Shown: in pieces, positions 19,436 through 27,420 of the stretch | Layout: each line of letters starts with the position of its first letter | How positions within the stretch are numbered: position 1 is the stretch's first letter | Origin: an uncultured Alteromonas sp. | GTDB taxonomy: Bacteria; Pseudomonadota; Gammaproteobacteria; Enterobacterales; Alteromonadaceae | DNA: 64,000 bases | Assembly (NCBI GenBank): GCA_964429915.1 | Contig: CAYSDZ010000008.1 | Span: 32,210-96,209 of the forward strand | Reading direction: 5' to 3' | Position numbers and translations under genes: made by a program | Notes under the pieces: model-generated | Databases searched by the model: none | What the model saw: only the letters and a program-made list of their open reading frames with translations | Told to the model about the DNA's origin: nothing

Positions 19436-21691
19436 TTATTGTTGTTCTGATTTAGAAAAAAGAATAGTGTCGCATGTTCGAAACAAAATAGGAATGTCAA
19501 TAGGCTTACCAATATGCGCACTGAATCCTGCTTGCTCGTAACGTGAAATATCCTCGGCGTAAACATTAGACGTCAGTGCAACAATAGGAATTGTCGGATA
19601 AGCAGCTTTGATCTGCCTGCAAGCATCAACACCGTCCAGATTCGGCATTTGAATATCCATTAAAATTAAATCAAAGTGTTGTTTGTGGGTTGTTTCAATG
19701 GCTTCGACTCCATCATGAGCAAAAACGAGTTGAGCCTGAGAAGGTGCAAGCATAGATTCAATAATGGCTCGGTTGATTTCATTGTCTTCAGCAATAAGAA
19801 AACGTTTGCCTGAATAGTCTGACTGTGGTTCAGCTAGCGTAGCTTGGGGTTGTGTAGGTTGTTTGGATGCCGTTAAGGGCAAGCTCACAATAAAACGAGC
19901 GCCTTTCCCCAACTCACTGCTCACCTTTATAGAACCGTTCATCATATCAACTAATGACTCAGTAATAGCCAAGCCAAGGCCCGTACCACCAAACTTTCGC
20001 GTGGTTGATTCATTGACTTGCTCAAACCGAGAAAACAACTTGTTCAATGCCTCATCGGGAATACCTATCCCAGTATCACTCACTTCAAAACATAATTGCG
20101 TTGAATCGATAAGATGCAGTTTCACCTCACCTTGTTCGGTAAATTTTACTGCGTTACTGCATAAATTAAGCACGATTTGTTTTATTCTTACTGGGTCGCC
20201 CAACCAACCATCACAAAAATTTTGATCGACCTTGACGGAAAAACTCAACGGTTTCTTTTGAACTAAAGGCGCGAGATCAGACTCCACCGACCTAACCACG
20301 TCAAGCATTTCAAAGTGAAGCGTTTCAAAAGTCAATTTTCCAGCTTCTATTTTTGAGTAGTCTAAGATGTCGTTAATAATGGTCATTAAATTGTGGCTAG
20401 AAAAAAGCGCTTTTTCAATTAGATGCAAGCTATGCCGCTCGCTAGTGCGGTTTTGAATGAGTTGCAAAGCACCGTGAATACCATTTAGGGGCGTACGTAT
20501 TTCGTGGCTCATATTCGATAAAAAAACAGATTTTGCGGCATTCGCCGATTCAGCTTCTTTCTTAGCAGATTCTAGCTCGCCTGTTCTTTGTATTACCAGT
20601 CGCTTCAAATTTTGGTTAAACCAATGCTGCCCCAACGAATAAAAAAGAATGATTGTGGTAATAAAAGCCCCGATAGCGAGATAGGTTTTGTTAAAGGTAT
20701 AGGCTTCTGTATTGTAATCATCTAAAAACAAGCCATTTAAATTTAACTGATTTTGCATAATGCCTAAATCTTTATAAGTTTGTGCAATACGTTCAAATCG
20801 GGCAGGAAATAAGGTACCTATTTGCACAAACTTGGGCTTGATAAGGCTTTCAATCACTTCAGCTTCGTCTAAAAGACGGGATAGAGGTATGTTTGCACCG
20901 TATTGTTCGATAATGACTTTGGCAATTTCCGCTTTATTCTCAAGTGCATACTTCCAACCTTTTCTCGACGCTTCTGTAAAAGCTTCTACGTCAGTTCGGT
21001 TATTTTTGACGTACTCTTCAGTTGTAAATAGTAAGTCACCATAAAAGTCGATACCGTAGGAAGCGGGGTCGATTATGTTGATGTCAAACTTTTTATCGGC
21101 ATAGTATAGGGGCTGGTCTGAACGATAGGCAGCCATTAAATCTGTGACGCCTTCAATTAAAGCATCATCATCAAAAGCTTGTGGTATGTACTCATAATCT
21201 TGTTCCTCTAAGCCCGCGAATAATAGCAAAGCTTGCAGAGAGGCGTCGTCAATGTTTTTTTGAAACATAATTGAACGACCGCGTAAATCGTACGCACTCA
21301 CAATATCTTTTTCTTTCAAAGACATAAAAACAAGCGGGCTTGTTTGAAACACAGATGTGGCGATTACCACAGGGTGACCATTCAAACGATGCAAAACGAT
21401 GCTTGAATCAGACAAACCGAACTGTGCTTCGCCCGTTAATACTGTTTCAAGCGGAGAACGGCTACCATCGTGTTGTTTTATGCTTACATCAAACCCTGCT
21501 TGGTCATAAAAACCTTTGTGCTTGGCAGCGTAATAACCTGCAAATTGGAAGCTATGAAACCACTTTAGTTGCAGGGTGACAGGTTCTTGAGCTGTACACG
21601 AAAATGCAGCAAGAAAGCAAAGAGCCACCGACATTGCAGCAATCAAAACTATTCGTAGAACCATTAAAATAAGACTTTGTTTTACCGTCAA
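19436..21691 (-). CDS. Hybrid sensor histidine kinase / response regulator with an NMT1/THI5-like periplasmic binding domain
   Basis: QLKWFHSFQFAGYYAA; H-box FLSNMSHEIRTPLNG; NLCSNAVKFT, DTGIG, GGTGLGL; REC DLILMDIQMP. Confidence 0.93.
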   Translation of the reverse strand: MTVKQSLILMVLRIVLIAAMSVALCFLAAFSCTAQEPVTLQLKWFHSFQFAGYYAAKHKGFYDQAGFDVSIKQHDGSRSPLETVLTGEAQFGLSDSSIVLHRLNGHPVVIATSVFQTSPLVFMSLKEKDIVSAYDLRGRSIMFQKNIDDASLQALLLFAGLEEQDYEYIPQAFDDDALIEGVTDLMAAYRSDQPLYYADKKFDINIIDPASYGIDFYGDLLFTTEEYVKNNRTDVEAFTEASRKGWKYALENKAEIAKVIIEQYGANIPLSRLLDEAEVIESLIKPKFVQIGTLFPARFERIAQTYKDLGIMQNQLNLNGLFLDDYNTEAYTFNKTYLAIGAFITTIILFYSLGQHWFNQNLKRLVIQRTGELESAKKEAESANAAKSVFLSNMSHEIRTPLNGIHGALQLIQNRTSERHSLHLIEKALFSSHNLMTIINDILDYSKIEAGKLTFETLHFEMLDVVRSVESDLAPLVQKKPLSFSVKVDQNFCDGWLGDPVRIKQIVLNLCSNAVKFTEQGEVKLHLIDSTQLCFEVSDTGIGIPDEALNKLFSRFEQVNESTTRKFGGTGLGLAITESLVDMMNGSIKVSSELGKGARFIVSLPLTASKQPTQPQATLAEPQSDYSGKRFLIAEDNEINRAIIESMLAPSQAQLVFAHDGVEAIETTHKQHFDLILMDIQMPNLDGVDACRQIKAAYPTIPIVALTSNVYAEDISRYEQAGFSAHIGKPIDIPILFRTCDTILFSKSEQQ

Positions 21692-21768
21692 TTATTGTTA
21701 TTTAAGCATAGACTAGGCATCATACGGTGCATAGCGTTTATTAATTTAAGTTCTTTATTTCCGAGTTT

Positions 21769-23094
21769 ATGCTGCACTCTTTATTAGTTCCGTTAAACAA
21801 CGTAAAAGGGAAGGGTGATTTTTGTGCTGAGCTTGAGATAGGAGAGCCGTCGCAGTTGCAAACCCTGCTACTAGACTCAGGCAGTAGCTCACTTGTGCTT
21901 TCTCCTCAACACTACGATGCCTCCATTGATCAAAGGATTGAGCCCACCACGCTATGTCAACATGTAAAATACGGTGTGGGCGAATGGTTAGGCCCAGTAG
22001 TAAGCAGTCAAATTACCATCGGTACAGGGCGGCATAAGGCCACTATTCGATCGGCTTTTTTTGCAATAGCCGAAGAACGCAAAGCGAATACCTTTGTGCG
22101 AACAAGCGGTATACTAGGCTTGGCTTATGAACCGCTGAATACTGCACATGATTTGTCGATAAATACCTTTCCATGGCGGCCAGAGTGCAGCGAAAAAGTC
22201 CAATCAGAACTTTTCTTGCGGAAGGTGTTAAACAGCCCGAAAAAACAAGTAAATACATTTTTTAGTCAATGTGTTGAACAGGGTATCGTGCCTGATCAAT
22301 TTGGCTTTTTAGTGCATCGTTCATCGGTGTTTCATTCTAAAAATAAGGAAACATCAGAGCAATTAAGCGCCCACCCACTGAATCAAGGGATGCTAGCCTT
22401 AGGCAAGCCTCATTTGCATACGCAGTTGCACAAAAACGATTTTATTCATATACCGCTAGTTTGCGATAAATACTACAATGTGAATTTATTAGGCGTGAAG
22501 GTAGAGAGCCAAGCCATGCTGACTCCTCCTCCTTTCATTGAACACAAAAGCAAGCCCAGTAACAGCAATTGCTTTGTAGATAGTGGTGCTAATGCTATTT
22601 TGTTGCCTGAAAGCCTGTTTACTGAACTTATGCAGAATTTGGCTCAGGCCGTACCTCATCAAGCGCATTTATTGTCGGCTTACCAGCAATACAACGGCAA
22701 GGAAGTGGGCATTCCTTTAAATAACCTGAACTTGTCTGAATGGCCCAATATTCAGTTTACCTTTAGCGGTAGAAAGGGGCGCAGCGAAAGCTTAATTTTA
22801 ACCCCTTATAGTTATTGGCAAACGCATGCACCTGAATGTAATCAGGCAAGTTTTAAAATAACGACGTTGCCGGGCTGGCAAGCTCAAACGATTTTAGGCC
22901 TGCCTTTAATGTGTGAGTATTACACGATATTTGATCGTCAAGCAGGTGACAAAGGTGCATTAGTATTTGCTAGCCCTAGGGTAGCTCCCCATCGTTTAAG
23001 CGACGTATTACATCACGACTGGAAAGCGATGCAGTCATTATGTAAGCATTTTTTCAAACGCGTTAATAAAAGACACAACAAAAAACAAGAGTAA
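21769..23094 (+). CDS. Pepsin-like (family A1) aspartic protease, shewasin-like, no signal peptide or propeptide
   Basis: Two catalytic motifs LLDSGSS and FVDSGAN, flap YGVG, psi-loops GILGLAY and TILGLP. Confidence 0.9.
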   Translation: MLHSLLVPLNNVKGKGDFCAELEIGEPSQLQTLLLDSGSSSLVLSPQHYDASIDQRIEPTTLCQHVKYGVGEWLGPVVSSQITIGTGRHKATIRSAFFAIAEERKANTFVRTSGILGLAYEPLNTAHDLSINTFPWRPECSEKVQSELFLRKVLNSPKKQVNTFFSQCVEQGIVPDQFGFLVHRSSVFHSKNKETSEQLSAHPLNQGMLALGKPHLHTQLHKNDFIHIPLVCDKYYNVNLLGVKVESQAMLTPPPFIEHKSKPSNSNCFVDSGANAILLPESLFTELMQNLAQAVPHQAHLLSAYQQYNGKEVGIPLNNLNLSEWPNIQFTFSGRKGRSESLILTPYSYWQTHAPECNQASFKITTLPGWQAQTILGLPLMCEYYTIFDRQAGDKGALVFASPRVAPHRLSDVLHHDWKAMQSLCKHFFKRVNKRHNKKQE

Positions 23095-23101
23095 AAGCAA
23101 T

Positions 23102-23932
23102 ATGACTCAAACCAAAGCAGGCTCCTTAGTGTGCGTAGGCACAGGCATGACTCTCGGGGCGCACATAACCCCCATAGCAAGAAGCCACATAGAAAATGCA
23201 GACATTGTTTATTGTTCTGCCGCAACGAGCTTGATGGAAGAGTGGATTATGTCGATGAATACCAACACCATCAGCTTGCAACATTACTATGAAGAAGGAA
23301 AAGATCGACGCCACACTTATAAAGCAATGGTAAATACACTACTGTCTTCGCTACGAAAAGGAATGCATGTGGTGGGCGCGTTTTACGGGCACCCGGGTGT
23401 TTTCGCAAAAGCGCCACACGACGCGGTCGCACAAGCCAAATCGGAAAGCTTTCATGCTCATATGGAAGCCGGTATATCAGCAGAAGCCTGTTTGTATGCC
23501 GATATGGGGATAGACCCAGGGAAAGTGGGGTGTCAGCATTATGAAACCACACAGTTTATGCTATATGAGCGCACTATCGACCCATCGGCTTATCTTATTT
23601 TATGGCAAATTGGCTTGGCCGGAGACCGACAAGCACAACAATTTACTACTGAAAATGCGTATAGAACGGTATTAAAAGAACAGCTTATTAGCTTGTATTC
23701 CCCTCAACACAACATCGCAATTTATGAAGCAAAATCTCTACCTACCGACACAATACGCATTGAATGGCTGGCCTTATCAGAATTAGACAAGGCTAGCGTT
23801 TTTCAACACAGCACTTTAGTGATACCGCCGATCAGCGCTCCAATTATTAATCCAAGGGCCGAGGCGCTACTCGCCGATATCGCCAGCAACAGCGTTGTTA
23901 TAAAACAGTCACAAACAGACAGTAATTTTTAA
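23102..23932 (+). CDS. Borosin-type peptide backbone alpha-N-methyltransferase (SonM-like, tetrapyrrole methylase fold)
   Basis: GSLVCVGTG, YYEEGKDRRHTY, FYGHPGVF, GISAEACLYADMGIDPG, LILWQIG, IYEA and STLVIPP align by eye with SonM/OphMA methyltransferase motifs. Confidence 0.9.
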   Translation: MTQTKAGSLVCVGTGMTLGAHITPIARSHIENADIVYCSAATSLMEEWIMSMNTNTISLQHYYEEGKDRRHTYKAMVNTLLSSLRKGMHVVGAFYGHPGVFAKAPHDAVAQAKSESFHAHMEAGISAEACLYADMGIDPGKVGCQHYETTQFMLYERTIDPSAYLILWQIGLAGDRQAQQFTTENAYRTVLKEQLISLYSPQHNIAIYEAKSLPTDTIRIEWLALSELDKASVFQHSTLVIPPISAPIINPRAEALLADIASNSVVIKQSQTDSNF

Positions 23933-23943
23933 AGGGTGAAGAA

Positions 23944-24504
23944 ATGGTGGACAGAGTTTTTGAAACATCACGATTTTTGTGCACGCCTGTGCAACAAAGT
24001 GATAGCAATTTCGTTCGAAGCCTTTATCAATCATCTTCACGTATGGCGCACTTAGGTGGTGTTTTTTCACAGCAAAACGCTCAAGCGCTGTTTGAAAAAA
24101 TGCTCGATGCCAACACCAAGCTATTTAGCTCAGAGTCTAGCTCAGAGTCTAGTTCAGGATATTGGCTAATTGAAAATAAAAACACAGGCGATAAGATGGG
24201 GGTGCAAGGAATAAGCGCAGTCACTTCGCTGCTTGCAACGGCAGAGGTCGGGATAATTTTAAATGAACAAGCAGAAGGAAAAGGCACACCGTTTGAAGTG
24301 TTAAGTGCGATGTTTAGTTATGTGTTTTCATCATTGGGTGTAGAATTATTAATTGAACGACACGTCATTTCCAACAAAGCTATTGGTAGGGTATCGAGAC
24401 GTTTGGGTTTCAACCATACTGTTGCGGTTAAATATAACGATACACCATCTGAACTCTCGGTGTTAGAGAAAAAAGACTGGTTGAAACAGTCATATTGTCA
24501 GTAA
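23944..24504 (+). CDS. GNAT N-acetyltransferase (RimJ/RimL-like)
   Basis: FETSRFLCTP, AEVGIIL…AEGKG, N-KA…RRLGF. Confidence 0.8.
   Translation: MVDRVFETSRFLCTPVQQSDSNFVRSLYQSSSRMAHLGGVFSQQNAQALFEKMLDANTKLFSSESSSESSSGYWLIENKNTGDKMGVQGISAVTSLLATAEVGIILNEQAEGKGTPFEVLSAMFSYVFSSLGVELLIERHVISNKAIGRVSRRLGFNHTVAVKYNDTPSELSVLEKKDWLKQSYCQ
24126..24157 (+). repeat. In-frame 12-bp tandem repeat inside the GNAT gene
   Basis: TAGCTCAGAGTC x2 plus TAGTTCAG, encoding SSESSSESSS. Confidence 0.9.
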
Positions 24505-24583
24505 CGTAACTCGTGATTTGGTTAAATCCACAAAAAAATAACAACACATTTATCAATAACAAAAAACAAAAAAGGAAACAGCA

Positions 24584-24814
24584 ATGACAGCAATTCAACT
24601 TTTAGAACAACTGGGTTCCTCTGCAGCACTTCAGCGCCAAGGTTGTGCCCATGCCGATGCCATTCGTGCACAGGCTATGCAATATATCGATACTATTGAT
24701 ACGCCTATCAAACAGTGGTGTATTCTATTTCCGGCAGAGGATGAGCAAGCTAACGACAATCAAGAAGACAATTCGCAAAATGATAAAGAAAAAGAAAGTG
24801 TCAAACTTAATTGA
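24584..24814 (+). CDS. Candidate split-borosin precursor peptide (76 aa)
   Basis: RBS AAGGA; N-terminal LLEQLGSSAAL resembles the borosin-binding-domain start; hydrophobic IKQWCILFPA followed by an acidic tail; lies in the methyltransferase operon. Confidence 0.7.
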   Translation: MTAIQLLEQLGSSAALQRQGCAHADAIRAQAMQYIDTIDTPIKQWCILFPAEDEQANDNQEDNSQNDKEKESVKLN

Positions 24815-26547
24815 TTTTCTGTAAATATTCTTTCAGTTTCATATTAATATTGGCTGCTCTGATTGGTGGCCAAGTCTATGGAGAAAATCTTGATGATATT
24901 TTTGCTGCGGCAGATGATTCTAGAACGTCGAATATAAGAAAATTTGCCGAGCTTTTAAATGTCCTTGGAAATAGAAAAAATGAGTTTTCAGATTATCAAA
25001 TTGATTACTTTACTTACCTTGACATTTATAAAGACTCTCTTAGCGGAGAATATATCGAATCAATTGAAAGACACAAGGAGTTGGTAAATCAGTCTGAGTT
25101 TACCGATATTAAATACAGGTCCACCTACTCAATCATTTCTATGTATGGTGTAATGCGAAAATTTTATGAAGGTGCGCAATTACTAAATAGATTGGATGCC
25201 TTAAGTCGTAAGATTGATGACCCTAAAATTTTAAACGGTGGTGAAATAACAAAAGCTATCTTTTATCAAGAGGCTAACCAATATCAACTTGCATTTAGCA
25301 TAGCCATGCAATTAACACAAAAAAGCTTGCTACCTCGCTCTAAGTGTATCGTTAGCGCTGTCCTAGTTGAATCTGCTTATTATATTGAAGCTGAACCAAT
25401 CGGTATGGGGTTCGTAAATGAATCTGAACTTTATTGCAATAGCATTGGTGAAGCGTTTTTGGGAAGTTTTATATCGATTACCAAAGCAAAAATGCACGTA
25501 GATGCTAAGCAAAATATTGAAGCACGGCAAACCCTAGAAAAAATCGAAAAAGTAGTAACAGAAACCAATTACCCAAGATTAAGTGCTATGTATTACGCGA
25601 CCAAAGCAGAGGTGCTGTATTCGCTTGGCAATTTCGAGGCGGCTATATCAAGTGCCCAGTTAGCTCTGGGACAATCAGCACAAGCAAAATTCAACAAGCC
25701 TCTTGTTTCATCCTATCTTACCTTGTCGAATATTGAACACGCGCGAGGTAACTATAAAACAGCGCTTGACTATCACAAGAGCTATGTAGCAGCAGACAAG
25801 GCGTACGACAGCGAATTGCAATCTAATCAACTGGCGTTTCAACGCGCACAATTTGAGTCTGAACTCAATGCCAGAAACTTAGAACTGGCCTACGCAGAGA
25901 ATGAATTATTATCGGCAGAGGCGATAACGGCTAAACAAGAGGCAAAAAATAGTTTGTTAGCAGCAGCACTGGCAATATCTGCCTTAGCCATTGTGTTCGT
26001 CAGCTTTTACCGCACCCATATCAACAAGAAAAAGTTTAAACAATTAGCTGAAACCGATGGGTTAACAAAATTAAAAAATCGGCGAGAGTTTTGTAAGCGT
26101 TCACAAGAAGCAATAGATTTCTGTCACGCCGGAAAGCATGCTATTAGCATGATTATTTTGGATTTAGATCACTTTAAACAAATCAACGATACTCATGGAC
26201 ATGCAGCGGGAGATGCGGTTCTAAAGTCGGTGTCGGCGTTACTGAAACAAGAATGCCGTCAAAACGATATTGTCGGTCGTTTAGGTGGCGAAGAATTTGG
26301 CATAACGTTGCCTAGTTGCGACGGTGACAAAGCTCGTTTTATAGCGGAAAGCTTAAGACAAAAAATTGAAGCCTTGCCGATTTCGCATAACGAAAAGGTG
26401 CTTAGCGCAACAGCAAGCTTTGGCATTGTCGAAGGAAAAGACAAACTACTTTCCTACGACGCATTGTTCAATGAAGCGGATGCCGCCCTTTACCAAGCCA
26501 AACATGCAGGAAGGAACAGAGTTCAGCTTATTGAAATTTCACTTTAA
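24811..26547 (+). CDS. Periplasmic-TPR / TM / GGDEF diguanylate cyclase
   Basis: Signal or TM N-terminus, TPR-like helices, TM ALAISALAIVFVSF, DGLTKLKNRR, DLDHFKQINDTHGHAAGD, RQND I-site, intact GGEEF. Confidence 0.92.
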   Translation: MIFCKYSFSFILILAALIGGQVYGENLDDIFAAADDSRTSNIRKFAELLNVLGNRKNEFSDYQIDYFTYLDIYKDSLSGEYIESIERHKELVNQSEFTDIKYRSTYSIISMYGVMRKFYEGAQLLNRLDALSRKIDDPKILNGGEITKAIFYQEANQYQLAFSIAMQLTQKSLLPRSKCIVSAVLVESAYYIEAEPIGMGFVNESELYCNSIGEAFLGSFISITKAKMHVDAKQNIEARQTLEKIEKVVTETNYPRLSAMYYATKAEVLYSLGNFEAAISSAQLALGQSAQAKFNKPLVSSYLTLSNIEHARGNYKTALDYHKSYVAADKAYDSELQSNQLAFQRAQFESELNARNLELAYAENELLSAEAITAKQEAKNSLLAAALAISALAIVFVSFYRTHINKKKFKQLAETDGLTKLKNRREFCKRSQEAIDFCHAGKHAISMIILDLDHFKQINDTHGHAAGDAVLKSVSALLKQECRQNDIVGRLGGEEFGITLPSCDGDKARFIAESLRQKIEALPISHNEKVLSATASFGIVEGKDKLLSYDALFNEADAALYQAKHAGRNRVQLIEISL

Positions 26548-27189
26548 TGATACGCCAGCTTCGTTAACATCAAGAACATCTGTTTCAGTGCTGGCTTCAT
26601 CTAGCCAACGCTGAATAGCAGCACTGTTCAATACTTTGGATTGATATTGCTTTGCATTTTCTGATAGTGCTACGTTGTAGGTTTTAAATCTCAACGCAAC
26701 TGGGGCAAACATCGCATCGGCAATACTCCAATCATCAAACAGCCAAGCGTTTGGGAACAGTAGCATTTGTGTAGACCAAATTTGATCAATGCGCGCGATG
26801 TCCTTGGCTAACCCTTCCGTTATTTCGACTTTGCGAAGGGCGCGGCAGTTCATTGGCATTTCGTTACGTAAGTGAATAAAACCGGCATGCATTTCAGCAC
26901 TCAAGGCGCGAGCTTTGGCTCTTAGTGCTCTGTCTTTTGGCCATGCCTTGTGGTCTAAGTAAGTTTCATTCACATATTCTAATATCGCAAGCGATTCCCA
27001 TACTGCTATGTCGTCGTCCAGTAAGGCAGGCACTTTTCCAGACGGAAACTCTTTTCCAAGCGCATCGTAGAAGGCTTGGGTCATTAGCGTTAATTTTTCT
27101 ACTTCGACGTCAAGATTGTATTGATCAAAAATAAGCCAAGCACGCAATGACCAGCTAGAATAATTCTGATTTGCAATATAAAGTTTCAT
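26539..27189 (-). CDS. Glutathione S-transferase family protein
   Basis: NYSSWSLRAW, GKVPAL, WESLAILEY, SAEMHAGF, FSIADAMFAPV-like. Confidence 0.92.
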   Translation of the reverse strand: MKLYIANQNYSSWSLRAWLIFDQYNLDVEVEKLTLMTQAFYDALGKEFPSGKVPALLDDDIAVWESLAILEYVNETYLDHKAWPKDRALRAKARALSAEMHAGFIHLRNEMPMNCRALRKVEITEGLAKDIARIDQIWSTQMLLFPNAWLFDDWSIADAMFAPVALRFKTYNVALSENAKQYQSKVLNSAAIQRWLDEASTETDVLDVNEAGVSLK

Positions 27190-27420
27190 TTGTATTCCTC
27201 TAAATGACCAGAATAGGTTGCATCATTTTTGCTCTTAGTAAAGGGGAAAGAGCAAATAACATACAAAAATAAAACATAGATTTGTACGACAAATGACGAA
27301 TCTATGGGGTGTATGGTAGCGCGCAATTTCAACGATATGATAAGTTTATTAACAAAGCAAAGAAATCAACATCTTATAAAAATAGTCAGTCACGACAAGA
27401 CCTTCAATAGGAAATCCAGT

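Noticed and set aside
19390-19566. N-terminal extension of the 417-aa ORF 18313..19566
   Set aside because: It overlaps the 3' end of the kinase on the same strand; the start at 19389 is more plausible
23102-23932. Cobalamin or siroheme methyltransferase
   Set aside because: The motifs and neighbours match borosin enzymes, and no cob or cys genes are adjacent
27304-27420. Upstream ATG for the VPS10 protein
   Set aside because: A typical signal peptide begins at 27421
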